Assembly (NCBI GenBank): GCA_963767755.1
Contig: CAVYFO010000011.1
Span: 56,615-120,614 of the forward strand
Reading direction: 5' to 3'
Source of the DNA: an uncultured Acidobacteriota bacterium
GTDB lineage: Bacteria > Acidobacteriota > Terriglobia > Acidiferrales > UBA7541
DNA: 64,000 nt
A program made the translations under genes and the position numbers. Numbering within the stretch: the first letter of the stretch is position 1; each line of letters opens with the position of its first letter. Positions 33,431 to 43,264 of the stretch are shown here, piece by piece. Below the pieces are notes generated by a model, which saw nothing but the letters and a program-made list of their open reading frames with translations, had not been told where the DNA came from and did not search any database.

Positions 33431-35061
33431 TGGCCCTCCTTGCCGCCAGTGGCGCGAATGCGCGAGCGCAAATTCGGTTCGAGGATGTGGCGAGAAAGGC
33501 CGGGCTTAACTTCGAGCTGCACAATGGCGCGGTGGGAGAATTTCATCAGCCGGAGCTGATGCTGGGCGGAGTGGCCGTCCTGGACTATAACAATGACGGC
33601 TGCATGGACATTTTTTTTACGAATGGCGCGGAGATGCCTTCGCTCAAGAAAACGGGGCCGCGGTATTTCAACCGGCTGTACCGCAACAACTGCGATGGAA
33701 CGTTTACGGACGTTACGGAAAAAGCGGGGGTGGCGGGAGACGGGTACTCGATGGGAGTGGCGGTCGGGGACTACGACAATGACGGCTATCCGGATATTTT
33801 TGTCGCGGGCGTGAACCGGAACATTTTGTATCACAACCGGGGAGACGGGACGTTTGAAGATGTGACCGAGAAAGCGCATCTCGGAGGAGTCGATCCGCAT
33901 TACGGGAAGTTGTGGTCCGTGGCGGCGGCGTGGGTGGACGTGGATAACGACGGGTGGCTGGACCTGGTGGTGAGCAATTACGTGCAGTGGGATCCGAAGG
34001 TCGAGCCCAAGTGCGGGACGGCGCAGAAACCGCTGTATTGCCATCCGGGCGCGTACCACGACAGTCATAACCAACTTTTCCGGAACAATCATGATGGGAC
34101 GTTTACGGACATAACGGAGAGTTCGGGAATCGGCGCGCAGTTTGGCAAAGGGATGGGGGTGGCGATCGGCGATTACGATGGCGATGGGTTGATGGACATT
34201 TTCGTGGCGAATGATAGCGTGCCAAATTTTCTGTTTCACAATTTGGGGCACGGAAAATTCGAAGAGGTGGCGATGCTGGCGGGTGTTGCGCTGGACGACA
34301 ATGGGCGGCCCGTCGCCGGCATGGGGGTGGATTTCCGGGATGCTGACAATGACGGACGGCCTGATCTGATCTTTACGGCGATGATCAACGACACTTTTCC
34401 ACTTTTTCGAAACACGGGGAAGGCTCCGGCATTCGAGGACGTAACGGCGGAGTCGGGTCTTGCTGTTGCGACTCGATCGCTGACGGGCTGGGGCATCGGA
34501 ATCTATGATTTTGATAACGACGGCTTCAAGGATGTTTTCACAGCGAATTCCCATTTTCCGGCGCTTGAAGAGTCGCTGGGCAGGGTGCCGGAGCTGCCGA
34601 ATTCCGTGTTTCGGAACCAGGGGAATGGACGATTCGAAGATGTATCGAGAACCGCTGGGGTAGATTTTCAGGTCGCGGGCCAGTATCGTGGCGTGGCGTT
34701 TGCCGATTTTGACAACGATGGGCGAGTGGACGCGGTGGTCTCCAATGTGAATGGGCCAGCGCGGCTTTTCCGCAACGTGACCACGGGTAGCGGGCATTGG
34801 CTGGCGCTGAAACTGAGAGGCACAAAGAGCAATCGGGACGGGATTGGCGCGCAGATTGCGGTTACGCTAACAGGCGGGCGCAAGCTATTCAACACTTGCA
34901 CGACGAGCGTGGGGTACGCCTCTTCGAGCGAGCCCATCGTGCGATTTGGCCTGGGCAAGGAAGCGGTTGCCAAGCTCATCGAGATTCATTGGCCAAGCGG
35001 CCGGGTGCAGGAGTTCCACGATATAAGGGGTGATCAGATTCTGGAAGTTCGCGAGCCCTGA
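33391..35061 (+). CDS. CRTAC1-family FG-GAP / ASPIC-UnbV protein
   Basis: Repeated DYDNDG motifs; C-terminal SNRDGIGA..GYASSS..FGLG..IHWPSG. Confidence 0.92.
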   Translation: MAKNLRTTKRFALMALLAASGANARAQIRFEDVARKAGLNFELHNGAVGEFHQPELMLGGVAVLDYNNDGCMDIFFTNGAEMPSLKKTGPRYFNRLYRNNCDGTFTDVTEKAGVAGDGYSMGVAVGDYDNDGYPDIFVAGVNRNILYHNRGDGTFEDVTEKAHLGGVDPHYGKLWSVAAAWVDVDNDGWLDLVVSNYVQWDPKVEPKCGTAQKPLYCHPGAYHDSHNQLFRNNHDGTFTDITESSGIGAQFGKGMGVAIGDYDGDGLMDIFVANDSVPNFLFHNLGHGKFEEVAMLAGVALDDNGRPVAGMGVDFRDADNDGRPDLIFTAMINDTFPLFRNTGKAPAFEDVTAESGLAVATRSLTGWGIGIYDFDNDGFKDVFTANSHFPALEESLGRVPELPNSVFRNQGNGRFEDVSRTAGVDFQVAGQYRGVAFADFDNDGRVDAVVSNVNGPARLFRNVTTGSGHWLALKLRGTKSNRDGIGAQIAVTLTGGRKLFNTCTTSVGYASSSEPIVRFGLGKEAVAKLIEIHWPSGRVQEFHDIRGDQILEVREP

Positions 35062-35122
35062 GTGGAAGCAATTTATTGCACAGAGCCGACAACAGAACAA
35101 ACAAGCGATTGAGAAATGCCCC

Positions 35123-36844
35123 TTAGTTTGCTGGGTACTCAGTCCGGCCACCGACGACAGTTTGAAGGACGGTTACTTTGGTGTACTGCGAAGGCGGAAT
35201 TTTCGTGAGGTCGTCGGAGAGGATGATGAAGTCCGCGTATTCGCCGACTTTTAGCTCGCCCTTCTTTCCTTCTTCGAATTGGGCGTAGGCGGAGCCGGTG
35301 GTGTAGGCGCGGATGCAATCTTGTAGAGAGATTTTCTCTTGGGGCTCCCAGCCGCCGGCGGGACCGCCATCGGGAAGCTCGCGGGTGACGCAGGCGTAGA
35401 GGCCGCGCATGGGATTGATGGGCTCGACGTCGTAATCGGTGCCGAAAGCAAGATGTGCGCCGCTCTTTAATAAGGATGCCCAAGCGTAGGCGCCTTTGGA
35501 GCGTTCGGGGCCGAGGCGTTGCTCGGCCCAGCGCATGTCAGTGGTTTCGTGAGACGGCTGCATGGAGGCGATGACGTTGAGCTTGGCGAAACGCGGGAGA
35601 TCTTCGGGGGCGAGGACTTGGGCGTGTTCGACGCGGTCGCGGCGGTCGCGCGGGCCGTTGGCTTTGAGGACGGCTTCGAAGATGTCGAGTGCTTCGCGGT
35701 TGGCTTTGTCGCCGATGGCGTGAAAATTGATTTGGAAGCCGGCTTTGTCGCGCTCGATGGCCATGGCCCGGAATTTATCGGGATCGTTAGTGAGGATGCC
35801 GCTGGTGGAGGGATCGTCGGAATAGGGAGCGAGCATGGCGGCGGTACGTGAGCCGAGCGCGCCATCGAGAAAACCTTTCACGGCGCCGGTGCGGAGCCAT
35901 GGGTCAGTGGTGCCGCCTTGGGCGCGCTTGTCCTGTAAATCGTCCATCGAATCGATGAAGGGGAGCCATTCGGTGATCCGCAGGGTGAGCTTGCCTTCCT
36001 GCTTCAATTGGACATAAACGAGGAAATCGGCCCAATCGGAAAAATCCTGGGCAGAGGTGACGCCGTTTTTGGCGGCATCGGCTAGCACCATGAGAATGCC
36101 GCGGCGACGCTGATCGATTTTCAGATCGGGAATTCGGTCAGAGACCAGGCTCATGGCGGAATCTTCTTCGAGCATGCCGGTGGTATCGCCGTTGGCGTCG
36201 CGCTCGATTACGCCGCCGGGAGGATTCGGAGTGTCTTTCGTAATTTCGCCGTGCTTGAGAGCGAGCGAATTGGCCACGGCTACGTGGCCGGAAACGTGGA
36301 CGAGAAAAACGGGATTGTTCGGCGCGACGGCGTCGAGTTCCTGCTTGGTGGGAAATTTCTTGTCGGGCCAGAGAGTGTGATCCCAGCCGCTACCGGTGAT
36401 CCAATCGCCGGGCTGGTGATGCGTGACCGCGTCGGCGACGCGCTTTTGCAATTCCTGGATACTGGTGACGCCATTTAATTGCACGGAGAGCATGTCCGCG
36501 CCGGCGTGGCCGAGATGAACGTGAGCATCGTTGAAACCCGGCATGACGAACTTGCCGTGAAGATGGATCGTTTCGGCGTCGGGATCCGTACCGCCGCACT
36601 GGAGAAGGACGTAATCGATTTTGCCGACGCAGCGGATTTTGCCTTCGCGGATAGCCATAGCTTCGGCCCAGGGATTGGCTGGGTCGTTGGTGTAAATACG
36701 GCCGTGGAGATAGACGGTGGTGTGCGGCGCGGGCTGGGAATTTTGCGGTGTTTGCGATTTTGCGCGCAGGGCAATGGCACCGGCGCAGAAACTGAAAATG
36801 ATAATTGCGAGTAAGGCAAGGAAACTAGTTGCGCGAATCCTCAT
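35123..36844 (-). CDS. YtcJ-like amidohydrolase
   Basis: PGFNDAHVH, DGALGSRTA, HAIGDKAN, RVEHAQ, FGTDY. Confidence 0.9.
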   Translation of the reverse strand: MRIRATSFLALLAIIIFSFCAGAIALRAKSQTPQNSQPAPHTTVYLHGRIYTNDPANPWAEAMAIREGKIRCVGKIDYVLLQCGGTDPDAETIHLHGKFVMPGFNDAHVHLGHAGADMLSVQLNGVTSIQELQKRVADAVTHHQPGDWITGSGWDHTLWPDKKFPTKQELDAVAPNNPVFLVHVSGHVAVANSLALKHGEITKDTPNPPGGVIERDANGDTTGMLEEDSAMSLVSDRIPDLKIDQRRRGILMVLADAAKNGVTSAQDFSDWADFLVYVQLKQEGKLTLRITEWLPFIDSMDDLQDKRAQGGTTDPWLRTGAVKGFLDGALGSRTAAMLAPYSDDPSTSGILTNDPDKFRAMAIERDKAGFQINFHAIGDKANREALDIFEAVLKANGPRDRRDRVEHAQVLAPEDLPRFAKLNVIASMQPSHETTDMRWAEQRLGPERSKGAYAWASLLKSGAHLAFGTDYDVEPINPMRGLYACVTRELPDGGPAGGWEPQEKISLQDCIRAYTTGSAYAQFEEGKKGELKVGEYADFIILSDDLTKIPPSQYTKVTVLQTVVGGRTEYPAN

Positions 36845-38151
36845 TCAGGCTTCTCCGGGGCGACGCCTGCTACTCCGAGCAGGGTGAGCAGGGCGCGCTG
36901 CAGTCCTAATTCGCGGCCTGCTGGGTCATACCATTCCAGGAGCGAATGCGCACCACCGCCGTTGCCTCCGGCGCCAATCGAAATCGCGTCGATGCCCAGG
37001 GAGAGCGGAATGTTGGCATCGGTGGAAGAACGCTCGATCCGTGATTCGTTGTCCAAGATAACATCGGCGGCGCGAAGCGAAGCGAGAAGTGGAGACGTTG
37101 CCGCCAATTCGCCACCGGGCCGGCTGCCGATGACACTGACCTTCCATTCGAGCCTTCCGCGGGAACGATCGCGGGAAGATTCCATTTCGTCGCGAACGCC
37201 GGCGGCCATGCATTCGCGGAAAGCGGATTCGAGTTTGGTGAGTTCGTCTTCGTTCTCGGAGCGCACGTCGACTTTGAGGTGGGCTTCGTAGGGGATGGAG
37301 TTGACGGACGTGCCGCCTTCGATCTGGCCGAGATTGAAAGTGGTGCGCGGAGAGGTGGGGACTTTTGTATTGATGAAACGAACGGAGCCGCCAATGAGAG
37401 CGTTGATGGGATTGGGCATGCCGAAGTCGGACCAACTGTGGCCGCCGGGGCCGGTGATTTCGACTTCTAGACGGCGCGAAGCGAGGGCGATGGTGGTGAC
37501 GTAATCGGTGCCAGCGCCGTCGAGAACGATCATGTCTTTGAGTTTGGCGCGGTAGGCTTCGACTAGGGCGCGAACCCCGCGGAGATTGCCTTCGCCTTCT
37601 TCGCCGACGTCGGCGACAAAAAGGATCGTGCGCTGGGGCTTGATGTGGGCTTCTTGAATGGCGCGAGCGATGGCTACGAGCGCGGCTAGGCCGGTCCCAT
37701 TGTCAGAAATACCAGGAGCCAGGAGGTGCGTGCCGTCGTGGCGGACTTTGACGTCGGTGCCGGCGGGGAATACCGTGTCCAGATGCGCGGAGAGAGTGAC
37801 GATTTCATTTTCGTTTTGGCCGGGTAGTTCGCCGATCACGTTGCCAGTGACGTCGATGTGGACGTTCAGGCCGGCGGCGGAGAGAAGATCTTTGAGCGCG
37901 GCGGCGCGCGGGGCTTCTCCAAAAGGTGGCGCGGGGATTTCGGTGAGACGGATTTGCTGGTCGTTGATCCAAGGTAGGTTGGGGACGAACCAGGCCATTG
38001 CTTTGCGGACTTGCGGATTTTCGCCGAGCTGGGGCCTGGACGCGGAGCGCGAGGTTTGGCGTGCGAGGGAATAGCGAACCGGCATAGCGAAGAGGATAAC
38101 CCAAACGAGGATGCGTTTCACTGCCCGGGCCCGCGAAGTTGCGATGTTCAA
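36841..38151 (-). CDS. M20/M25/M40 metallohydrolase
   Basis: SAHLDTVFP, PGISDN, GEEGEGNLRG, GGHSW, SSTDAN. Confidence 0.9.
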   Translation of the reverse strand: MNIATSRARAVKRILVWVILFAMPVRYSLARQTSRSASRPQLGENPQVRKAMAWFVPNLPWINDQQIRLTEIPAPPFGEAPRAAALKDLLSAAGLNVHIDVTGNVIGELPGQNENEIVTLSAHLDTVFPAGTDVKVRHDGTHLLAPGISDNGTGLAALVAIARAIQEAHIKPQRTILFVADVGEEGEGNLRGVRALVEAYRAKLKDMIVLDGAGTDYVTTIALASRRLEVEITGPGGHSWSDFGMPNPINALIGGSVRFINTKVPTSPRTTFNLGQIEGGTSVNSIPYEAHLKVDVRSENEDELTKLESAFRECMAAGVRDEMESSRDRSRGRLEWKVSVIGSRPGGELAATSPLLASLRAADVILDNESRIERSSTDANIPLSLGIDAISIGAGGNGGGAHSLLEWYDPAGRELGLQRALLTLLGVAGVAPEKPE

Positions 38152-39383
38152 TGGCGTGCGGCCTCGGAGCAGAGGGCGGAAATTTCGGCATCGGTGAGGA
38201 CGCGAGCGGATTGTTTGGCGGCGTCGAAAATGCGATTGACAAGGGAATCGTCGGGGGGGATGTTGTGGCGCTCGAGCCAGAAAAGGACGTTGGATTTGCC
38301 GCTCATGGGGCCGATTTCGATGACCTGGTCGAGTCCAAAGAGATGCGCTGGCACACCACTATAGACGGAATCAGCGAGGGACTGGTTGCCTTTGTGGAAG
38401 GCTTTGATGATGGCGGCGGCGTGGACGCCGGTGGCGGTGCGGAAAGCGTCGCGGCCGATGACGGGATAGTTGGGCGGGATTTTGGTGTGCGTGTACTGGG
38501 CAACTTTTTCGCAGTACTCCTTGAGGCGGGAGAGATCTTGGTCGATGACGCCCATGAGGCGGAGATTGACGAGCATTAATTCCATCGGTGTGTTGCCGAC
38601 GCGTTCGCCAAGGGAATTGGCGGCAGCGTGGACGGAATTGGCGCCAGCGGCGACGGCGGCTAGAGAATTTGCGATGGCGAGGCCGCGGTCGTTATGGCCG
38701 TGCCAATCGACGCGGATTTTTTCGCCGCTGGGCTTGACGACTTCTTCGATGACGAATTTCACGAGGTTGTAGGCGCCATTGGGGACGGAATGGCCAACGG
38801 TATCGCAGAGGACGATAGCGCGGGCGCCGCTGCGGATTGCGGTCGAGTAAAGGCGCTTGACGGTGTCTGGGTCGGTTCGGATCGTATCTTCCGTCACATA
38901 CATGCAGGGAAGATCGTGTTCGATTGCAAACTTCACGGCTTTTTCCGTAGTGCGTTCGAGATGATCGACGGTCCAGTCTTCGACGAGGCGGCGGATGGGA
39001 CTGGAACCGAGGAAAGTTGCCGCTTCGATGGCAATGCCGACGCGTTGGGAAATTTCGGCGATGGGGCGGATGTCGGCTTCGATGGTGCGCGCGGCGCAGT
39101 TGGGTTTGATCTTCATGCGCTTGGAGACAATTTCGCGGGCTAGGGCTTCGGTGTGCTCGACAGCGCGAGGGCCGGCTCCGGGCAAGCCGATGTTGAGCGA
39201 ATCGATGCTGAGCGATTCCATGAGGTGCAGGAGTTCGATCTTTTCCGGGATGCTGGGATCGTGGACGCTGGGATTTTGCAGGCCGTCGCGGAGCGTTTCG
39301 TCGTTCAGAAGAACGTGCGTGCCGGGTGGGATGAGCGGCGCGGCGGCTGCGTTCCAGTCGTAGATCCATTCGTTCTGCTGCAT
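38148..39383 (-). CDS. DRE-TIM LeuA-family synthase (2-isopropylmalate/homocitrate synthase-like) without C-terminal regulatory domain
   Basis: DETLRDGLQ, LCDTVG, HGHNDRGL, LGERVGN, GVHAAA. Confidence 0.85.
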   Translation of the reverse strand: MQQNEWIYDWNAAAAPLIPPGTHVLLNDETLRDGLQNPSVHDPSIPEKIELLHLMESLSIDSLNIGLPGAGPRAVEHTEALAREIVSKRMKIKPNCAARTIEADIRPIAEISQRVGIAIEAATFLGSSPIRRLVEDWTVDHLERTTEKAVKFAIEHDLPCMYVTEDTIRTDPDTVKRLYSTAIRSGARAIVLCDTVGHSVPNGAYNLVKFVIEEVVKPSGEKIRVDWHGHNDRGLAIANSLAAVAAGANSVHAAANSLGERVGNTPMELMLVNLRLMGVIDQDLSRLKEYCEKVAQYTHTKIPPNYPVIGRDAFRTATGVHAAAIIKAFHKGNQSLADSVYSGVPAHLFGLDQVIEIGPMSGKSNVLFWLERHNIPPDDSLVNRIFDAAKQSARVLTDAEISALCSEAARH

Positions 39384-39449
39384 TGGCTCGCCTTCTTTGC
39401 ACTACACTTTAAAGCTTCGGATTCCCTGTTCTTTTCAGGCGCTGCGAAG

Positions 39450-41021
39450 CTAAAAGCCGTGATCGCGAAACATTGTTTTCAGCGCGCCTCGAGCGTTGCG
39501 CAATTTCGCGGCGAGGCCTCCACCAAATTCAAAGCGGAGGAACGCGTCGGCAGAGCGCTCGAGATCGGCGCCGTAACGATACCACCAGGGTTTCTCGACG
39601 CCGGGCAGACCGTCCACATCGATATATTTTGGTTGCACCATTTCGAGCAAGCCCGCTTTGCCATGCGTGCGGCCCCATCCGCTGGCGCCGCAACCGCCGT
39701 GAGGAGCTTCCGCGATACCGAAGTAACTGATGGCGTCGTTGACCATCACCGCACCGGCGCGCAAGCGGGAGGCAATCGCACGGCCACGCTCCGGGTTGCT
39801 GGTCCAAACGCTAGCCGCTAATGCAAACGTGGAATCGTTAGCAGAAAAGACCGCCGCTTCGGCGTCTTTCACAGATTGAACGGCGAGGATGGGCCCAAAC
39901 GTCTCTTCCTGGAAAAGCCGCATCGAAGAATTCACGCCCCCGAGGACGGTAGGCTCAAAGAAATTCGGGCCAAGAGCGGGGCGAGGGTTGCCGCCGCAGA
40001 GCAAGCGGGCGCCGCGCGCAATGGCATCGTTGATCAAGTCGGCCATGCGCTGCACATGTTGAGGACGAATCAGAGGACCGACGTCGGTCGCCGGATCGCT
40101 CCCGGGACCGAGGCGAAGCTTGCTGGTCTTTTCCACGCAGAGCGAAAGAAATTTTTCTTCTGCGGGTTTCTCGACGAAGAGCCGCTCGACGGAGAGGCAG
40201 ACTTGGCCGCAATTCGTGTAGCTGCCCCACACGGCGGCGCTTGACGCGACATCAAGATTCGCATCCGCGAGAACGATCATGGCGTCCTTGCCGCCCAGCT
40301 CAAGAACGCTGGGGATTAGTTTCTTGGCACACGCTTCGGCGACCCGGCGGCCCGTGGCCACGCTGCCAGTGAAAAGGATTTTGTCGGGCGCCGCGTCGAT
40401 GAGCGCTTGCCCAACATCCCCGCCGCCTTGAATAACGGTGACGAGATGCTTGGGAAAGCCGGAGCCGGTGAAAAGCTTTTCGATGAGCGCGCCGCAATGC
40501 GGCGTGAAATCACTCGTCTTGCAGATCACCGCGTTCCCCGCGGCGACCGCAGGTATGATTTGGCTCATGGGAATAGCCAGAGGATAGTTCCAGGAGCTGA
40601 TGATGCCAATCACGCCCATGGGCTCGTAAATAAGTTGGCCGGACTTCAATTTAGCGGCGGTGCTGTGGTGCGAAACGTTTTCCGGCCACAACAGACTCGG
40701 CCCATTTTTGGCAAAGTATTCAGCCGTGTCGAGGGACACGAATAGGTCCGCGAACAGTGCTTCGACGCGAGGCTTGCCGGATTCCGCGACGACGGTATCC
40801 GCCAGGGCGTCGCGCGTGGCCATCATCCGCTCGCGAAGTTTTCTCAATTTCGCACAGCGCGTGCCGACAGGCACGACACGCCAAGCCAATTGAGCCGCAC
40901 GGGCCACTGACACAATTTCCGGCAGCGCTGCGGGAGGCGTCTTCTCAAATTGAGCGAGGATATGTCCCGTAGCCGGGTCAATCGAAGGAATCATATCGAC
41001 GGGGATGGCCGTGGCCGCCAT
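39450..41021 (-). CDS. Aldehyde dehydrogenase
   Basis: SWNYP, FTGSVATG, LELGGKD, GQVC, EETFGP. Confidence 0.93.
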   Translation of the reverse strand: MAATAIPVDMIPSIDPATGHILAQFEKTPPAALPEIVSVARAAQLAWRVVPVGTRCAKLRKLRERMMATRDALADTVVAESGKPRVEALFADLFVSLDTAEYFAKNGPSLLWPENVSHHSTAAKLKSGQLIYEPMGVIGIISSWNYPLAIPMSQIIPAVAAGNAVICKTSDFTPHCGALIEKLFTGSGFPKHLVTVIQGGGDVGQALIDAAPDKILFTGSVATGRRVAEACAKKLIPSVLELGGKDAMIVLADANLDVASSAAVWGSYTNCGQVCLSVERLFVEKPAEEKFLSLCVEKTSKLRLGPGSDPATDVGPLIRPQHVQRMADLINDAIARGARLLCGGNPRPALGPNFFEPTVLGGVNSSMRLFQEETFGPILAVQSVKDAEAAVFSANDSTFALAASVWTSNPERGRAIASRLRAGAVMVNDAISYFGIAEAPHGGCGASGWGRTHGKAGLLEMVQPKYIDVDGLPGVEKPWWYRYGADLERSADAFLRFEFGGGLAAKLRNARGALKTMFRDHGF

Positions 41022-41104
41022 GCACAGATTCTAGCCGAATTTCATAGCAAAGAGTTCGATACGGCGGCCAAAGCGGATGCGCTCGGTAAAACCCTTGAGC
41101 CATC

Positions 41105-41491
41105 TCACCAAATGCACTGGACCGGGTATTTGCGGAACCAGCGATCTAGGGAGACTATCGCCGCATTTTCCACTTGGGACTGCGCGATTAGGACTCGATC
41201 GAACGGATCTTTGTGAGTTGCTGGAAGAGAGCCAGCCTTCACGGCATGTTCAATCGAGATAGGGAGTTCGGCGAAACCTTCGGCGTGCAGTCTGCCTGGA
41301 AAATCCTTGAGCAGGTCCGGCACTCGAAACTTACCGGAATGCTGTTTGATCGCAATTTCCCAAGCTGAGGCGGCTGAAACCAAGACGGTAGCGTTTGGAC
41401 TCGAGATGGCCCGACGAGCCTCTCGAGATAAGCGAACTCCCCCTTCCAGCCACCATATCAGAGCATGCGTGTCCAGCAGAATCCTGGTCAC
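41105..41491 (-). CDS. vapC: PIN-domain toxin
   Basis: ILLDTHALIWW, SAASAWEIAIK, HKDPFDRVLIAQ. Confidence 0.92.
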   Translation of the reverse strand: MTRILLDTHALIWWLEGGVRLSREARRAISSPNATVLVSAASAWEIAIKQHSGKFRVPDLLKDFPGRLHAEGFAELPISIEHAVKAGSLPATHKDPFDRVLIAQSQVENAAIVSLDRWFRKYPVQCIW

Positions 41492-41718
41492 TCAATGCCC
41501 CATTCGGCCAGTTCTTCCTTCGTCAGAGGATCAAATGCATCGGGCGCATACCAAATTTTCCCCTTCATACTGCCTGGAACGCGCTTCTTCGTCCGCGAGG
41601 GAAAAGGGATGATTTTGGCAACGGGTTCCTTGCCACGCGCGATGATCACCTCTTCTCCGTCTTCGACCTTGCGGAGCAGCTTTGAGAGATTTGTCTTGGC
41701 TTGGTGCACGGTGTACAT
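41488..41718 (-). CDS. Phd/YefM-family antitoxin
   Basis: VHQAKTNLSKLL..GEEVIIAR..PVAKI; overlaps the toxin start. Confidence 0.92.
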   Translation of the reverse strand: MYTVHQAKTNLSKLLRKVEDGEEVIIARGKEPVAKIIPFPSRTKKRVPGSMKGKIWYAPDAFDPLTKEELAEWGIE

Positions 41719-41787
41719 GGTTAGCTAAGTATATTAGCTAAGTACCGGAGATTCAAGCGTGTTTTGCTTCGCACCCTCCCCTGGACA

Positions 41788-43140
41788 CTATTGTCCGGGC
41801 TCTGGAACGAACAAGGACAAGTTCTCCGCCTTCCAACGCATGGCGGCCAGGATGCGATTCCGGCCGCTGGGATGGTCGAAGAAAATCCATTCCTCGACGG
41901 GACCGGGGCTCATCTTGCGATACTCGCCGAGATGAATCGCTGCCCGCGCGAAACCATCTGGCTGGCGGCTGGCGTTCAGCCCGTACATGTCCGCTTCATA
42001 TTCGGTTGTACGGATGTGAGTGTTGGCAAACGGGGTATACAAAAAGCCGAAGACCGAACCCAAGAGCAAGACTAGAGGCAACACCGCGGTGTCGCCAATG
42101 CCGTGGATTTGCCAGCGCTCTCCCCATCGGGCCAGAGCTTTTTCGAGAGACCAACGCAGGAACGCGAAGAAGATAACGATGACGACGGAAAAATAGAGCA
42201 AGTCTTTCGCGATGTGATGGAGGACGTAGTGGCCCATTTCGTGACCCATGACAGCCTGGATCTCTTCCGACGAGCCGCGGCGCAGCAGATTGTCGTTGAG
42301 CGTAATGCGCATGGTGCTGCCGAAGCCGCTTACATTGGCGCTCATGCGCGTCGTTTGGCGGGAAGCATCCACTTCGTAGACTTTATCCGCGGCGATTCCA
42401 TTGGCGTGCGCGAGGCTTAGGATGGGTTGCGTTACGCGCGGATCGTCAAGGACTGTATATTTGTTAAAAATCGGAAGGACAAACACGGGAGCAATCATTA
42501 CAAAGAACACCAGGAACAACATCGAGGCGACAGCTCCCCAGATCCACCACGTGCGAGGGAGGCGGCGAACGATGCCGAAAAGCGCCATCATGACGAGGCC
42601 TCCCAATACCAAATTTACGAGGAGTGCTTTGAACTGGTCGCCCATCCAGGGACCGAAAGTTTGAGTGGCGAGGCCGTACTGTCGCTCGCGTGTAAAGCCT
42701 TCGTAAATCCCCAGAGGCGCGCCGAGAATCGTGGTAACGATGAGAAACTCGACCCAGTAAATAAGCGTCTGCAGCGGCTTGAAGCGCGTGATGCGCTCGG
42801 CGAGATCGCGCATCTTCGCGGACCAGCGGAAATAAAGCAGCAGAAGATAGATGACTGCACCGTAGAGGAAATCCCAGAGGATAAGCCAGTAGCCGCCTTC
42901 GAAATAGGCGTCGGACTTGGCTCGCGCGCTTGCCGGAATTTCAGCGAGGTAGGCGTCGGTGGCGGCCTGGACATTGAAATGGTCCGAAGGTTGCGCGGCC
43001 AGTGGGATTGGAATTTCGTCGGGCATGGCGGTTGCCGGCTTTGCGCCGGGACCAGGGGTTTGCTGAGCGCTCGAGGGGCTCGTCAGCGGAAACAATGCGA
43101 ACGCGAGGCAGGTCGAGAGCAGGATTTTTCGGCAGTTCAC
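41788..43140 (-). CDS. M48 (Ste24-like) membrane metallopeptidase
   Basis: HEMGH, ANVSG, EYEADMYG, DHPS; GTG start at 43140 after GGAAGGAG. Confidence 0.9.
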   Translation of the reverse strand: MNCRKILLSTCLAFALFPLTSPSSAQQTPGPGAKPATAMPDEIPIPLAAQPSDHFNVQAATDAYLAEIPASARAKSDAYFEGGYWLILWDFLYGAVIYLLLLYFRWSAKMRDLAERITRFKPLQTLIYWVEFLIVTTILGAPLGIYEGFTRERQYGLATQTFGPWMGDQFKALLVNLVLGGLVMMALFGIVRRLPRTWWIWGAVASMLFLVFFVMIAPVFVLPIFNKYTVLDDPRVTQPILSLAHANGIAADKVYEVDASRQTTRMSANVSGFGSTMRITLNDNLLRRGSSEEIQAVMGHEMGHYVLHHIAKDLLYFSVVIVIFFAFLRWSLEKALARWGERWQIHGIGDTAVLPLVLLLGSVFGFLYTPFANTHIRTTEYEADMYGLNASRQPDGFARAAIHLGEYRKMSPGPVEEWIFFDHPSGRNRILAAMRWKAENLSLFVPEPGQ

Positions 43141-43264
43141 AGATGCTCCTTCCAAATGCGGTTTTTTCATCGAGCCCGAATGCAATACGGGGACATGGCG
43201 TGGAAAGTTCCCGAGTGTATAAGAATTCAAGCGAGACGTTGAGCAATTTTCCGCGTTCGCGCGC

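Noticed and set aside
33403-34797. 464-aa minus-strand ORF and similar long antisense ORFs elsewhere
   Set aside because: Shadow frames of well-supported genes in GC-rich DNA, with no motifs.
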